Positions 17,236 to 26,178 of a stretch of 33,600 nucleotides of DNA are shown here, in pieces. The notes below the pieces were generated by a model. That model did not search any database, was not told where the DNA came from, and saw only the letters and a program-made list of their open reading frames with translations. Where the stretch lies: IMG/VR virus record IMGVR_UViG_3300024283_000026, positions 1-33,600 of that record; one strand, 5' to 3'. Within the stretch, counting starts at the first letter, position 1, and the number at the start of each line of letters is the position of its first letter. This stretch comes from a virus. Its lineage: Duplodnaviria > Caudoviricetes. The position numbers and the translations under genes are program-made.

Positions 17236-17949
17236 ATGACAAGCAGCGGAACCTATTCCTATTCACTGAGCAACGGAGAGGCCGTCCTCGCCGCCTATGA
17301 GCGCATCCAAATTCGCGCGCCCGCGCTGCGTCAGGAGCACATGCTCACCGCGCGCAGGGAGTTGAATGACCTCTTTGTCGAACTCTCCAACAGACAGGTG
17401 AACCTGTGGTCTGTTGTTTCGCCAAGCTCCACGGACGGAACGTCGATCACCCTGACGCAGGGAACGGCAACCTACAGCATCACACCCCAGACGGTGATGA
17501 TCCTCGACGCCTACGTCAGTTTGAACAATGGTACTTCGAATCAGACCGACACGTACATCACGCCGATGAGCAGAACCGAATATGCCTCGCTCGGAAACAA
17601 GCAGACGCAGGGCAGACCGACCTCGTACTGGTTCGATCGGCTGATTTCTCCGACCGTGACGCTGTGGCCGGTGCCTGACAATGGCGGCCCGTACACGCTC
17701 AATTTCTATTCCTGCGTGCAGTTGCAGGACGCGAATTTGACCTCGGGGGAAACGCCGAACCTGCCTTATCGGTGGCTCGGTGTCTTGGTGACGGGTTTGG
17801 CGCGGCGTCTGGCGCGGGTCTATGCGCCGACGCTAGAGGCGCAGCGCAAGGCCGACTATGACGAGGCATGGGCCTATGCAGGCACGCAGGACACCGAAAA
17901 CGTGCCGGTGACATTCTCTCCCGCACTCAATTCGTATTACCGGAGATAG
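17236..17949 (+). CDS. Head-tail adaptor-like protein
   Basis: MTSSGTY start, NRQVNLW and GRPTSYWFDR...LWPVPD motifs; gene position. Confidence 0.65.
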   Translation: MTSSGTYSYSLSNGEAVLAAYERIQIRAPALRQEHMLTARRELNDLFVELSNRQVNLWSVVSPSSTDGTSITLTQGTATYSITPQTVMILDAYVSLNNGTSNQTDTYITPMSRTEYASLGNKQTQGRPTSYWFDRLISPTVTLWPVPDNGGPYTLNFYSCVQLQDANLTSGETPNLPYRWLGVLVTGLARRLARVYAPTLEAQRKADYDEAWAYAGTQDTENVPVTFSPALNSYYRR

Positions 17950-17952
17950 GCG

Positions 17953-18369
17953 ATGCGCCCGCATCCGCGAATGACGGAAACGGATGCGTCCGCGCCGCGG
18001 GCTTGGGCTACGTGTGAGCGCTGCGGCTTCGTCGGAAATCTCTACAAGTTCATCTGGCAATACGAGTGGCGCGGCGTCCGCCTGATAAATACGCGTCACA
18101 TCGTCTGCGAATGGTGCCTCGACCAACCGCAACGGCAGCTCGGCAGCATCTTCCTGCCGCCAGACCCCGTTGGCATTGTCAATGCGCGGCCGGAAGCCTA
18201 TTACATCGATGAGCATCAATGCCGCTACCAGCAGGACGGAACGATCCGGCTTCAGTTGGATGGGACCTCGCGGCTTGAATCCAATCTTCAGGACACGGCT
18301 ACTGGAACGACTTCGCCTCCGGCGACGCCGAGGGCGTTTTCGTCTGGATTCTCCAGCGGATTTGGGTGA
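17953..18369 (+). CDS. Zn-finger-like (2x CxxC) morphogenesis protein
   Basis: CERC and CEWC motifs, DQPQRQL and a C-terminal FSSGFSSGFG. Confidence 0.7.
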   Translation: MRPHPRMTETDASAPRAWATCERCGFVGNLYKFIWQYEWRGVRLINTRHIVCEWCLDQPQRQLGSIFLPPDPVGIVNARPEAYYIDEHQCRYQQDGTIRLQLDGTSRLESNLQDTATGTTSPPATPRAFSSGFSSGFG

Positions 18370-18376
18370 GCATTAA

Positions 18377-20650
18377 ATGGTCGCCACTCCCGGCACAATC
18401 CCGGCGCTGCCGCCATATCAGCCAGATGCGCTCCCGTTTACCGGGGGCGAGGCGTTGGAGATCGCCAGTTCTGTCACGGCGACATCTGCTACATCCGGCA
18501 GGATATTCCTGACCGATCTTCCGAAGATCGCGGGTGCGCTCGGCAATCAGAATCCGACGACGGACGACCTGATCGCCTTCATGGACAAGTCCACGGGATT
18601 GCCATTCTCTTGCTCGATCGGCGCGCTTTCGATTCCGACCGGCAATATCCCTCCCGGCGGCGCGACCGGGCAAATCCTTGCCAAGAATTCCGGAACCAAT
18701 TTCGATGACAATTGGTTCGACATCACGTCGTTTGTGTCGGCCGGCACCAGTATCTTCCTCACCGGCTCGACGACGGTGGCGGTCGGGGTTGCGACCGGCG
18801 GCATCGGCTCAACCCAAATGGGTGGCCATGCCGTCCAGAATGCGGCTATCCGCCAAGGCGCGGCCCTGTCTGTCATTGGCGTCACCGGATCGGCCATCGC
18901 GGATGTGGCTGATATCGTCGCCTCTGGGGCAAACCAGGTTCTTCAGGTCAATGGCGGGGGCACCGGGCTCGTTTTCGGCGCGCTGTCCAGCACCCTTCTG
19001 CCAGGTCCATTCCAGGCCTCGTCGTTCACCACCAACCGCGTCCTGATCGGGAACGGGACATCCGCGATCCAGGTGTCTGGTGTCGCGACGGCGGCGCTGC
19101 CTTTGGTCGGCAACGGCACGACCTCGCCTCCCGGCTTTGCCGTGCTCACGGTTCCCGGCGGCGGGACCAATACCACGACGCTGACCGCGTTCGGTATCCC
19201 TTACGGCCAAGGCACCTCGACCATCGGTATCACCGCGGCCGGCACCACGGCTTGGCCGCTGGTCGGCAACGGGACCGCGATCGCGCCGGCCTTCGCGGTA
19301 CTTACGGTCCCCGGCGGGGGCACCGGCACCACCATCCTGACCGCGTTTGGGGTGCTCTACGGCAACGGCACCTCGACGGTCGGCATCTCCGCAACGGGTG
19401 CCACGGCGCTGCCCTTGGTGTCAGGAGGCCCCACAGCGGCGCCGGCCTATGCGGTTCTCTCGGTCTCGGGCGGCGGCACCAACACGACGATCCTGACCCA
19501 GAACGGCATCGTATTCGGGAACGGCACCAACACGGTCGGGATTACGGCGCAGGGCGCGGCCGGGACTTTCCTCGCCGGCAATGGCGGTACTCCCACATTC
19601 ACAACGGCGGTATCGAGCTTCACGACCGGATTTGGCCTCGCCGGAGCCACGATCGCGACCACGGGGCTGGTGGCAATTTCGACCTCGGCGCCGCCCGCCG
19701 GTTTGGAAATGCCGATCAATCTCGGGATTACCTGCTCGGTTGCTGGTGGCGCGCTGACGATCAGTCTCGTCCAGAACAGTTTGGCAACGGCGACCGCCGC
19801 CAATCCGATACTGATCCCGTTCCGGGATTCGACCCTGGCGACGGGAGACATCGCTTGGCGGCAGATCACCGGCACCCTGACCTACACGACGCCCACCAGC
19901 GGGGCGACGTTCGGTTCTGCCAATTCGGCACCCTTCCGGCTCTATCTCGTGCTGTTCGATGGCGGCGGCGTGCCGTTGCCGGCCATTATCAATTGCAGTT
20001 CTGGAACGGCCGGCGGCTCGAGCATCTATCCGCTCAATGAAGCGATCTTCGGCTCGTCGAGTGCGATCAGCGGTTCGGCGACAAGCTTGGGAACCTTTTA
20101 CACCAATCCTGGGACGACGGCGTCGTCTAAGCCTTTCCGCATCGTCGGTGTGCTCGACTATGGGGCTGGGTTGGCGACCGCGGGAACCTACGCCTCGACC
20201 CCGACCACGCTGCAAGTGTTCGGACCTGGAAACAAGAAGCCCGGCGACATCCTGCAGACGCAAATGTTCTTCACGACGGCGTCATTCACTGCACTCAATA
20301 CGACCACATTCACCTCAAGCATCGTGCTCGCCAGCATTACGCCGACCGCCAGTCCGAACCTCGTTGAAATCTCGGTCGGTGGCTCGCTGGCGCAGAGCAA
20401 CGCAACGGCTCAGTTCAGCCGTATGCAGATAGTGCGCGGCGCCACCCAGGTCGGTCCGATCATCAGCAGCCAGGGGATACTCGCAAACTCTCCTGTTCCC
20501 ATCTCGCTCCAGTGGATAGATGCGCCGGGAACCGCCGCGGCGACCACCTACACGGTGCAACTTGCCAGCAACCAAGGTTCTGCGATTTTCCCGACTAATC
20601 TGCAGACGGCCAGCGGCGCTTACATGTGGCTCAAGGAACTCTGCGCATGA
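18377..20650 (+). CDS. Tail fibre protein with internal repeats
   Basis: GGATGQILAKNSGTNFDDNW fibre motif, 52-aa repeats, Gly/Thr-rich. Confidence 0.8.
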   Translation: MVATPGTIPALPPYQPDALPFTGGEALEIASSVTATSATSGRIFLTDLPKIAGALGNQNPTTDDLIAFMDKSTGLPFSCSIGALSIPTGNIPPGGATGQILAKNSGTNFDDNWFDITSFVSAGTSIFLTGSTTVAVGVATGGIGSTQMGGHAVQNAAIRQGAALSVIGVTGSAIADVADIVASGANQVLQVNGGGTGLVFGALSSTLLPGPFQASSFTTNRVLIGNGTSAIQVSGVATAALPLVGNGTTSPPGFAVLTVPGGGTNTTTLTAFGIPYGQGTSTIGITAAGTTAWPLVGNGTAIAPAFAVLTVPGGGTGTTILTAFGVLYGNGTSTVGISATGATALPLVSGGPTAAPAYAVLSVSGGGTNTTILTQNGIVFGNGTNTVGITAQGAAGTFLAGNGGTPTFTTAVSSFTTGFGLAGATIATTGLVAISTSAPPAGLEMPINLGITCSVAGGALTISLVQNSLATATAANPILIPFRDSTLATGDIAWRQITGTLTYTTPTSGATFGSANSAPFRLYLVLFDGGGVPLPAIINCSSGTAGGSSIYPLNEAIFGSSSAISGSATSLGTFYTNPGTTASSKPFRIVGVLDYGAGLATAGTYASTPTTLQVFGPGNKKPGDILQTQMFFTTASFTALNTTTFTSSIVLASITPTASPNLVEISVGGSLAQSNATAQFSRMQIVRGATQVGPIISSQGILANSPVPISLQWIDAPGTAAATTYTVQLASNQGSAIFPTNLQTASGAYMWLKELCA
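19040..19600 (+). repeat. About 3.5 degenerate 156-bp (52-aa) coding repeats
   Basis: L(T/S)V(P/S)GGGT starts at 19145, 19301 and 19457, exactly 156 bp apart. Confidence 0.9.
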
Positions 20651-21360
20651 GCCTCACCTATTTGACCTATGTCGCCTCGCTGGTCAATCTCATGCCGGTC
20701 GATTCCGCGAGCGATCCGAGCTTCGTGACGGTGCTGCCCAACATCATCGATGACGCCGAGCAGAGGCTTTATCGCGAACTCGATCTGCTCAACACCAATA
20801 CGACACAGACCGGGACATTCACCACGGGGCAGCGGACGTTCGACCTTCCCTCGGCCAACGGCACAGTCGTCGTCGTCAACCGCATCAATGTGTGGACGCC
20901 GCTCGCGTCGTCATCGGCAAACGCAACGCGCAACCCACTGCTGCCGATCGGCAATGATGCCCTCGATGCGCTCTGGCCCAGCGCGACCGGCTCCAGCGTG
21001 CCGCAGTATTTCGGGATGGTGACGCAGACGACCATCTTGGTCGGGCCATGGCCTGATCAGGCTTATACGGTCGAGGTGACCGGCACGGTGCGGCCGGCGG
21101 CGATCTCGACCACCAATGCGACCACGCTGCTGTCTGTCTATTTCCCCGATCTGTTCATCGCCGCGTCGATGGTGTTCGCCTCCGGCTATATGAAGAATTT
21201 CGGGGCGCAGATGGACGATCCTAAAATGGCAGTGAGTTGGCAATCGCATTACGACCAACTCATGGCTTCGGCCCAGACCGAGGAACAGCGCAAGAGATTC
21301 AACATGGCGGGATGGTCAAGCAAGCAGCCGGCACCGCAGGCGACGCCGGAGAGGACGTGA
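20647..21360 (+). CDS. Second adaptor / tail tubular-like protein
   Basis: ATGA overlap (start 20647). NIIDDAEQRLYRELDL, GPWPDQAY and PDLFIAAS motifs. Confidence 0.65.
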   Translation: MSLTYLTYVASLVNLMPVDSASDPSFVTVLPNIIDDAEQRLYRELDLLNTNTTQTGTFTTGQRTFDLPSANGTVVVVNRINVWTPLASSSANATRNPLLPIGNDALDALWPSATGSSVPQYFGMVTQTTILVGPWPDQAYTVEVTGTVRPAAISTTNATTLLSVYFPDLFIAASMVFASGYMKNFGAQMDDPKMAVSWQSHYDQLMASAQTEEQRKRFNMAGWSSKQPAPQATPERT

Positions 21361-21361
21361 G

Positions 21362-22336
21362 ATGACCGAACCGCTCACGGTAAATCGCAATTTCACCGTA
21401 GCGAACACAGGTGACCTCGTCGCTGCGTGGGGTACGGCCGCGCTCAATCCGAACTTCGTCGCCATCGACGGCATCCTCGGCGGCATGGTCACCTTGAGCC
21501 TTGCCGCGGCGAGCACGATCACACTCACCGCCCCCTCCGGTTCTGTCACGCCGAGCCCAGGCCCGTTTCAGCAGCAGAACGCCTGCATCAAGCTCACGGG
21601 CACCCTGACTGGAAACAACGTCCTGCAGTTCACGATGCCGGGGTTCTGGATCGTCGATAACCAATGCACGGTTGGGTCGTTCTATGTATCCGCTGCGGCA
21701 TCCTCCGGTGGCGGAAACGTCATCGGCATCCCGCCCGGAAAGAAATCTCAGATTTTCTTCGACGGCACGTCGATGGACTTCGTCAGCATGCCCGATCCTG
21801 GGACTGCCTACGACCTTCATGGTGTTACGTCGCTGCCAGCATGGATGACGGCCTGCACGGTGCAGCCCTATCTCATCAAGGACGGCACCATCTATTCCGC
21901 CGCAACTTATCCGGCGCTTGCGGCTGTGCTCGGTTCGTCCTTTGGCGGCAACGGCATCACCACCTTCGGCGTGCCAGACGAGCGCAACCGCGCCCGCATT
22001 GCATTGGATACCAATGGCCCCGGCAGTTATTCGCTGCGGGTCACGTCGGCAACGAGCGGCATTGACGGCAAGGTCATGGGCGCATCTGGGGGCGACCAGC
22101 AGATGCAGTCGCATACGCACACCAATACGCTCACTGATCCAGGCCACAGGCATCAAGTGCCCAGCGGGTCGGCTGGCGGGGCGACGCCTTCGTTCATCCA
22201 AACCGGCGGCTCCCAAACGTCGACAACGGGGACGGCCACGACGGGCATTACCCTATCGATCGGAACGACGGGCGGCGGCGGCAGCCAGAACATGCAGCCG
22301 ACCATCGTGTCCTTTCTCCCGCTCATAAAAACATAA
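21362..22336 (+). CDS. Short tail fibre with phage tail-collar domain
   Basis: Collar motif YLIKDGTIYSAATYPALAAVLG...TTFGVPDER. HxH motifs (SHTH, GHRH) and NMQPTIV. Confidence 0.82.
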   Translation: MTEPLTVNRNFTVANTGDLVAAWGTAALNPNFVAIDGILGGMVTLSLAAASTITLTAPSGSVTPSPGPFQQQNACIKLTGTLTGNNVLQFTMPGFWIVDNQCTVGSFYVSAAASSGGGNVIGIPPGKKSQIFFDGTSMDFVSMPDPGTAYDLHGVTSLPAWMTACTVQPYLIKDGTIYSAATYPALAAVLGSSFGGNGITTFGVPDERNRARIALDTNGPGSYSLRVTSATSGIDGKVMGASGGDQQMQSHTHTNTLTDPGHRHQVPSGSAGGATPSFIQTGGSQTSTTGTATTGITLSIGTTGGGGSQNMQPTIVSFLPLIKT

Positions 22337-22345
22337 ATTAAATCA

Positions 22346-24391
22346 ATGAGTTACGGAGAGCTCACCCTCGTTCCCGGCGTTGATGTCGAACGGACGCCCA
22401 CCGTACAGGGCGCAGGATACAATCAGAGCCAATTTATCAGGTTCAAGGCCGGTCTCGCGCAAAAACTCGGCGGCTGGCAGAAATACTACCCCTTCGCTGT
22501 CGCGGGAGTGCCGCGCGAGCTCCATGCCTGGGAGGACTTGAACGGCACCAATCATCTCGGCGTCGGCACCACGACGCAGTTGGGCGTCATCACTTCGGGC
22601 TCGTTCAAGGATATCACCCCGCAGACGTTGACGACCAATCCGGCTCCGAATTTCACCACCACCATGGGATCGCCCTCGGTCACGGTGACGGACACGGGCA
22701 TCTTCAACGTCACCACCTATGATTCGGTTCTGTTCAATACCCCGGTATCGGTTGATGGAATTATCCTCTCCGGGCTCTATCCGATCGTTTCCATCATCTC
22801 GGCGACCTCGTACACGATCACGGCTGCGACCAATGGTGTGGCCGGCGTCACCAATGGCGGCGCGGTGCCGGTGTTCACCACCACGTCTGGCTCGGCGCCG
22901 GTCTCGGTGCTGCTCAATTCGCACGGCCTCGCGGTCGGCAATACCGCCGTGTTCCCGGCTTCCACTACAGGCAACGGAGTAACCATACAGGGCGGCTATA
23001 CGGTCTCGACCGTTGTCGACGCCAACAACTTCAAAATCACGCTGCCGAACCAGGCGAGTGCGGCCGGCTCGTTCGGGATGAACGGCGGCAATGTGCAGTT
23101 GGTCTATTACATCCAGATCGGGCCGCCGGCTGCGGGATCTGGATACGGTACTGGAGGCTACGGATCGGGAGGTTACGGCACCGGATCCGGCTCGAGTTCT
23201 GACCAGACCGGAACGGAAATCACGGCAACCGATTGGACCTCGGACAATTGGGGCCAACTCTATCTCGCCTGCCCGATGGGAGGGGGCGTCTATCTATACG
23301 ATCCCACGGGTGGATTCACCAATGCGGGGCTGATATCGACGGCGCCTCCCTTCAACGGCGGCATCTTCGTCTCAATGGCCGAGCAGATTTTGGTGTGTTG
23401 GGGCTCGACCGCGGCGGAAGGGCTGGGGATCGAGCAAGACCCGCTCTTGGTCAAGTGGTCGACGGTCGGCGACTTCACCGTGTTCACGCCGCTCGTCACT
23501 AACCAGGCCGGATCATATCGCATCCCGAATGGGTCCAAGTTGATGGCTGGTGCGGCTGTGGGGAACCAAAACCTGTTGTGGACCGACCTCGATTTGTGGG
23601 CCATGAACTACCAGGGGCCTCCATTTGTATTTGGATTCAACCGAATCGGAGTCGGTGCTGGGGCGATTTCGAGCCACGCCGCGCAGGCTTTGCGCGGGAA
23701 CGTCTACTGGATGGGGCCGACCAACTTCTACCAGTACAACACGAATGGCGTTTCCGTGATGCCGTGCCCGGTCTGGGACTTCGTGTTTCAGAACCTCAAT
23801 ACCGCCTATGCCGCCAATGTGCGGGCGCTGCCTAACACGCCTTTCGACGAGGCCGGCTGGGCTTTCCCCTCGCTGGCGAGCGTAAACGGTGAGAATGATT
23901 CCTATGTCAAGTTCAACTTGACGGAGCCCAATGGGCCCTGGGATTACGGATCATACGCGCGATCTGCTTGGACCGACCAGACTATTCTCGGTCCTCCGCT
24001 TGGAGCTACTCCTACGGGGGTTGTCTACCAGCACGAAACCTCGACGGATGCGGACGGAAGCCCGCTTGCCTACTCGTTCACCACGGGATACTTCTACATC
24101 TCGGAAGGCGAAGAGGTCGCGTTCGTCGATGAAATCCGACCCGACTTCAAGTTTGGCACCTACGCCGGATCGCAGACGGCGCAAGTGCAGATCACAGTAA
24201 ACGTCATCAATGATTATGCCTCGCAGACGCCGTTCTCCTATGGTCCGTATACGGTCAATCAGGCGAGTACGTTCTTCAATCTGCGGGCCAGGGGAACGCG
24301 GATGTCGTTTACGGTTGCGGGGAGTGACATCGGGAGTTTTGTGAGGCTAGGAAAAGTGCGCTATCGATACGCTGCGGATGGGAGGCGGTAA
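22346..24391 (+). CDS. Tail nozzle / packaged-DNA stabilisation protein (P22 gp10 / T7 gp12-like)
   Basis: About 680 aa, propeller-like repeats (DNWGQ, LVKWS, VYWMG), GYG repeat, DGRR C-terminus; position before the ejection genes. Confidence 0.7.
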   Translation: MSYGELTLVPGVDVERTPTVQGAGYNQSQFIRFKAGLAQKLGGWQKYYPFAVAGVPRELHAWEDLNGTNHLGVGTTTQLGVITSGSFKDITPQTLTTNPAPNFTTTMGSPSVTVTDTGIFNVTTYDSVLFNTPVSVDGIILSGLYPIVSIISATSYTITAATNGVAGVTNGGAVPVFTTTSGSAPVSVLLNSHGLAVGNTAVFPASTTGNGVTIQGGYTVSTVVDANNFKITLPNQASAAGSFGMNGGNVQLVYYIQIGPPAAGSGYGTGGYGSGGYGTGSGSSSDQTGTEITATDWTSDNWGQLYLACPMGGGVYLYDPTGGFTNAGLISTAPPFNGGIFVSMAEQILVCWGSTAAEGLGIEQDPLLVKWSTVGDFTVFTPLVTNQAGSYRIPNGSKLMAGAAVGNQNLLWTDLDLWAMNYQGPPFVFGFNRIGVGAGAISSHAAQALRGNVYWMGPTNFYQYNTNGVSVMPCPVWDFVFQNLNTAYAANVRALPNTPFDEAGWAFPSLASVNGENDSYVKFNLTEPNGPWDYGSYARSAWTDQTILGPPLGATPTGVVYQHETSTDADGSPLAYSFTTGYFYISEGEEVAFVDEIRPDFKFGTYAGSQTAQVQITVNVINDYASQTPFSYGPYTVNQASTFFNLRARGTRMSFTVAGSDIGSFVRLGKVRYRYAADGRR

Positions 24392-24606
24392 TGGCCGCGC
24401 TTGACGACGCTGTATCCACTCTCAAAGGTCTCGTTCAAAACGTCAGCCGGATTGCGGTGACGCTGCCGTCGATCTTTCCCCAACAGACGGGAACCGCGAC
24501 GACGGCAACGGGCGGCGCGGCGACACTGCCGGCGAATCCGGTGGGATTTATGCAAGTGACCTTGCAGTCGGGCACGACAGTTTTGGTCGCGTATTACAAT
24601 CCATGA
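24391..24606 (+). CDS. Small tail protein (needle/plug-like position)
   Basis: TAATG overlap. Helical N-terminus followed by ATLPANPVGF...AYYNP. Confidence 0.6.
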   Translation: MAALDDAVSTLKGLVQNVSRIAVTLPSIFPQQTGTATTATGGAATLPANPVGFMQVTLQSGTTVLVAYYNP

Positions 24607-24613
24607 GGCCGTC

Positions 24614-25387
24614 ATGCCCCTGATCCATTCGTCAAGCGCGCCGGCCTTCAAAACGAATGTCAAAACTCTCATGGGAGAAATCGGGAAATCTCCGCATGTG
24701 AAATCGCGCGAACAAGGACTCGCCATTGCCTATGCCATCAAACGCCGCGGCCACGCCGATGGCGGCGAGGTGACCGAGGACTCCATCACGGCGGATTTCG
24801 CCCGCCAGGCGGCGGCCGATCGCACACGGCGCGCTGTAACGCATCGGCCGGCCTTTGCCTTTGGTGGGCCGCCTGCACCCTGGTTCGTTCGCAATGAAGC
24901 GCGAGGGCTCGGTACGCATAGCGGCCCGATTCTTAGTGCGGTGGCGGGACGAACCGACCATCATCCGATGAGCGTGAAGGCGGGCAGCTACGTCTTCCCG
25001 AGTGAGCACGTTGCATCGATTGGTCAGGGCAATACTCTCGCCGGCATGAAGCAGCTCGGTGCCATGTTCAATTCCGGCCCCTACGGAACAAAGCCGATGG
25101 GGACCAAACACGGGATGGGGCCGCCGAAGCCTCCGCATCTGCGGCATATCGCAACGGGGGGCGCAAGCGACCATGGCGGCGCGCGGGGCCACGGGCATCC
25201 GGTGCCGATCGCGGCGGCCGGTGGTGAGTTCGTCGCCGAGCCAGACCAGATTTTGGATTGGCTGGAACGCAATGGTTTTCCGCGCGATCTCAAGTTTGGC
25301 CATCAAGCCCTCGATGCATGGGTCATGAGTCAGCGCAAGAAGCACATCAAGACTTTGCGTGGCTTGCCGGCTCCGGCGAAAGGATGA
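24614..25387 (+). CDS. Probable internal virion protein with GG motifs
   Basis: MPL...NV...QGLAIAY N-terminus. HADGG, FAFGG and IATGG motifs; GRTDH...GSYV and GGEFV modules. Confidence 0.7.
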   Translation: MPLIHSSSAPAFKTNVKTLMGEIGKSPHVKSREQGLAIAYAIKRRGHADGGEVTEDSITADFARQAAADRTRRAVTHRPAFAFGGPPAPWFVRNEARGLGTHSGPILSAVAGRTDHHPMSVKAGSYVFPSEHVASIGQGNTLAGMKQLGAMFNSGPYGTKPMGTKHGMGPPKPPHLRHIATGGASDHGGARGHGHPVPIAAAGGEFVAEPDQILDWLERNGFPRDLKFGHQALDAWVMSQRKKHIKTLRGLPAPAKG

Positions 25388-25653
25388 TCATGGCTGATAA
25401 TCCGTCCCTCACCGATCCAGATTCCATTTCCGTCACCTTCGTCAATCAGCTTGTGGGCAGCGGCCACCTCTATGGTGTCGTGAACCTCACCTTCGCAGTG
25501 GCGCGCTTCACCCCCGCCGCGGACGGCAAGGTTGATCCCGATCTCGTCATCTCGTCGCGCCTGCGGATGGATTTGGTCTGCGCGCAGCAGCTTCGTGACG
25601 CGCTTGATGGAATCCTGGCGCAGAATGCAAAGCCGGAAGGGCCGGCGCATTAA
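25384..25653 (+). CDS. Small hypothetical protein
   Basis: ATGA overlap at 25384 (alternative ATG at 25390). Abuts the next gene. Confidence 0.65.
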   Translation: MIMADNPSLTDPDSISVTFVNQLVGSGHLYGVVNLTFAVARFTPAADGKVDPDLVISSRLRMDLVCAQQLRDALDGILAQNAKPEGPAH

Positions 25654-26178
25654 GTGACCGTCCGCATTGCGACGCCTGCCGATCTTCCCGAGTTGATGCG
25701 CCTGCTGCGGCTCATGCACGCCGAGGGCGGGTTGTTTCCCTTGGATGAGGGCCGCGCCAAGGCGATGTTCGAACTGACCTTTGACCGCAAGGGCGGGATC
25801 ATCGGAGTGCTTGGTGAGCCGGGAAAGCTCGCTGGGTTTATTGGTTTGCTGATCACGTCGTTCTGGTACACGCGATCGAGTCACCTCGAAGAGATCTTTA
25901 ACTTCATCGATCCCGACCATCGCAAGTCCAATCACGCGCGCACGCTGATCGATTTTGCCAAGTCGTGCGCCGATGAAATCGGGATTCCCCTGGTGATCGG
26001 TGTAATGACCAACAGGCGCGTGGTGGAGAAGGTGCGGCTCTATCGGCGTGCGCTCGGGTTCCCGGCCGGGGCCTATTTCGTCTACGGCGGCAAGTGGGTG
26101 AGCGACATGACCGAGAATCCGGAATTCTGGCGCACGCCATTCCCGGCTCATAGCGAGAAGCGCAAAGGGGCGGCCTGA
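25654..26178 (+). CDS. GNAT-fold protein preceding the ejection genes
   Basis: VRIATPADLPEL and FIDPDHRKSNHARTLIDFAK (GNAT motif A). The position matches GNAT-like genes of podoviruses. Confidence 0.8.
   Translation: MTVRIATPADLPELMRLLRLMHAEGGLFPLDEGRAKAMFELTFDRKGGIIGVLGEPGKLAGFIGLLITSFWYTRSSHLEEIFNFIDPDHRKSNHARTLIDFAKSCADEIGIPLVIGVMTNRRVVEKVRLYRRALGFPAGAYFVYGGKWVSDMTENPEFWRTPFPAHSEKRKGAA

Noticed and set aside
19040-19600. CRISPR array or diversity-generating retroelement repeats
   Set aside because: The repeats are in-frame degenerate coding units with no unique spacers and no obvious adenine-specific TR/VR pair. No reverse transcriptase or cas gene is in the window.
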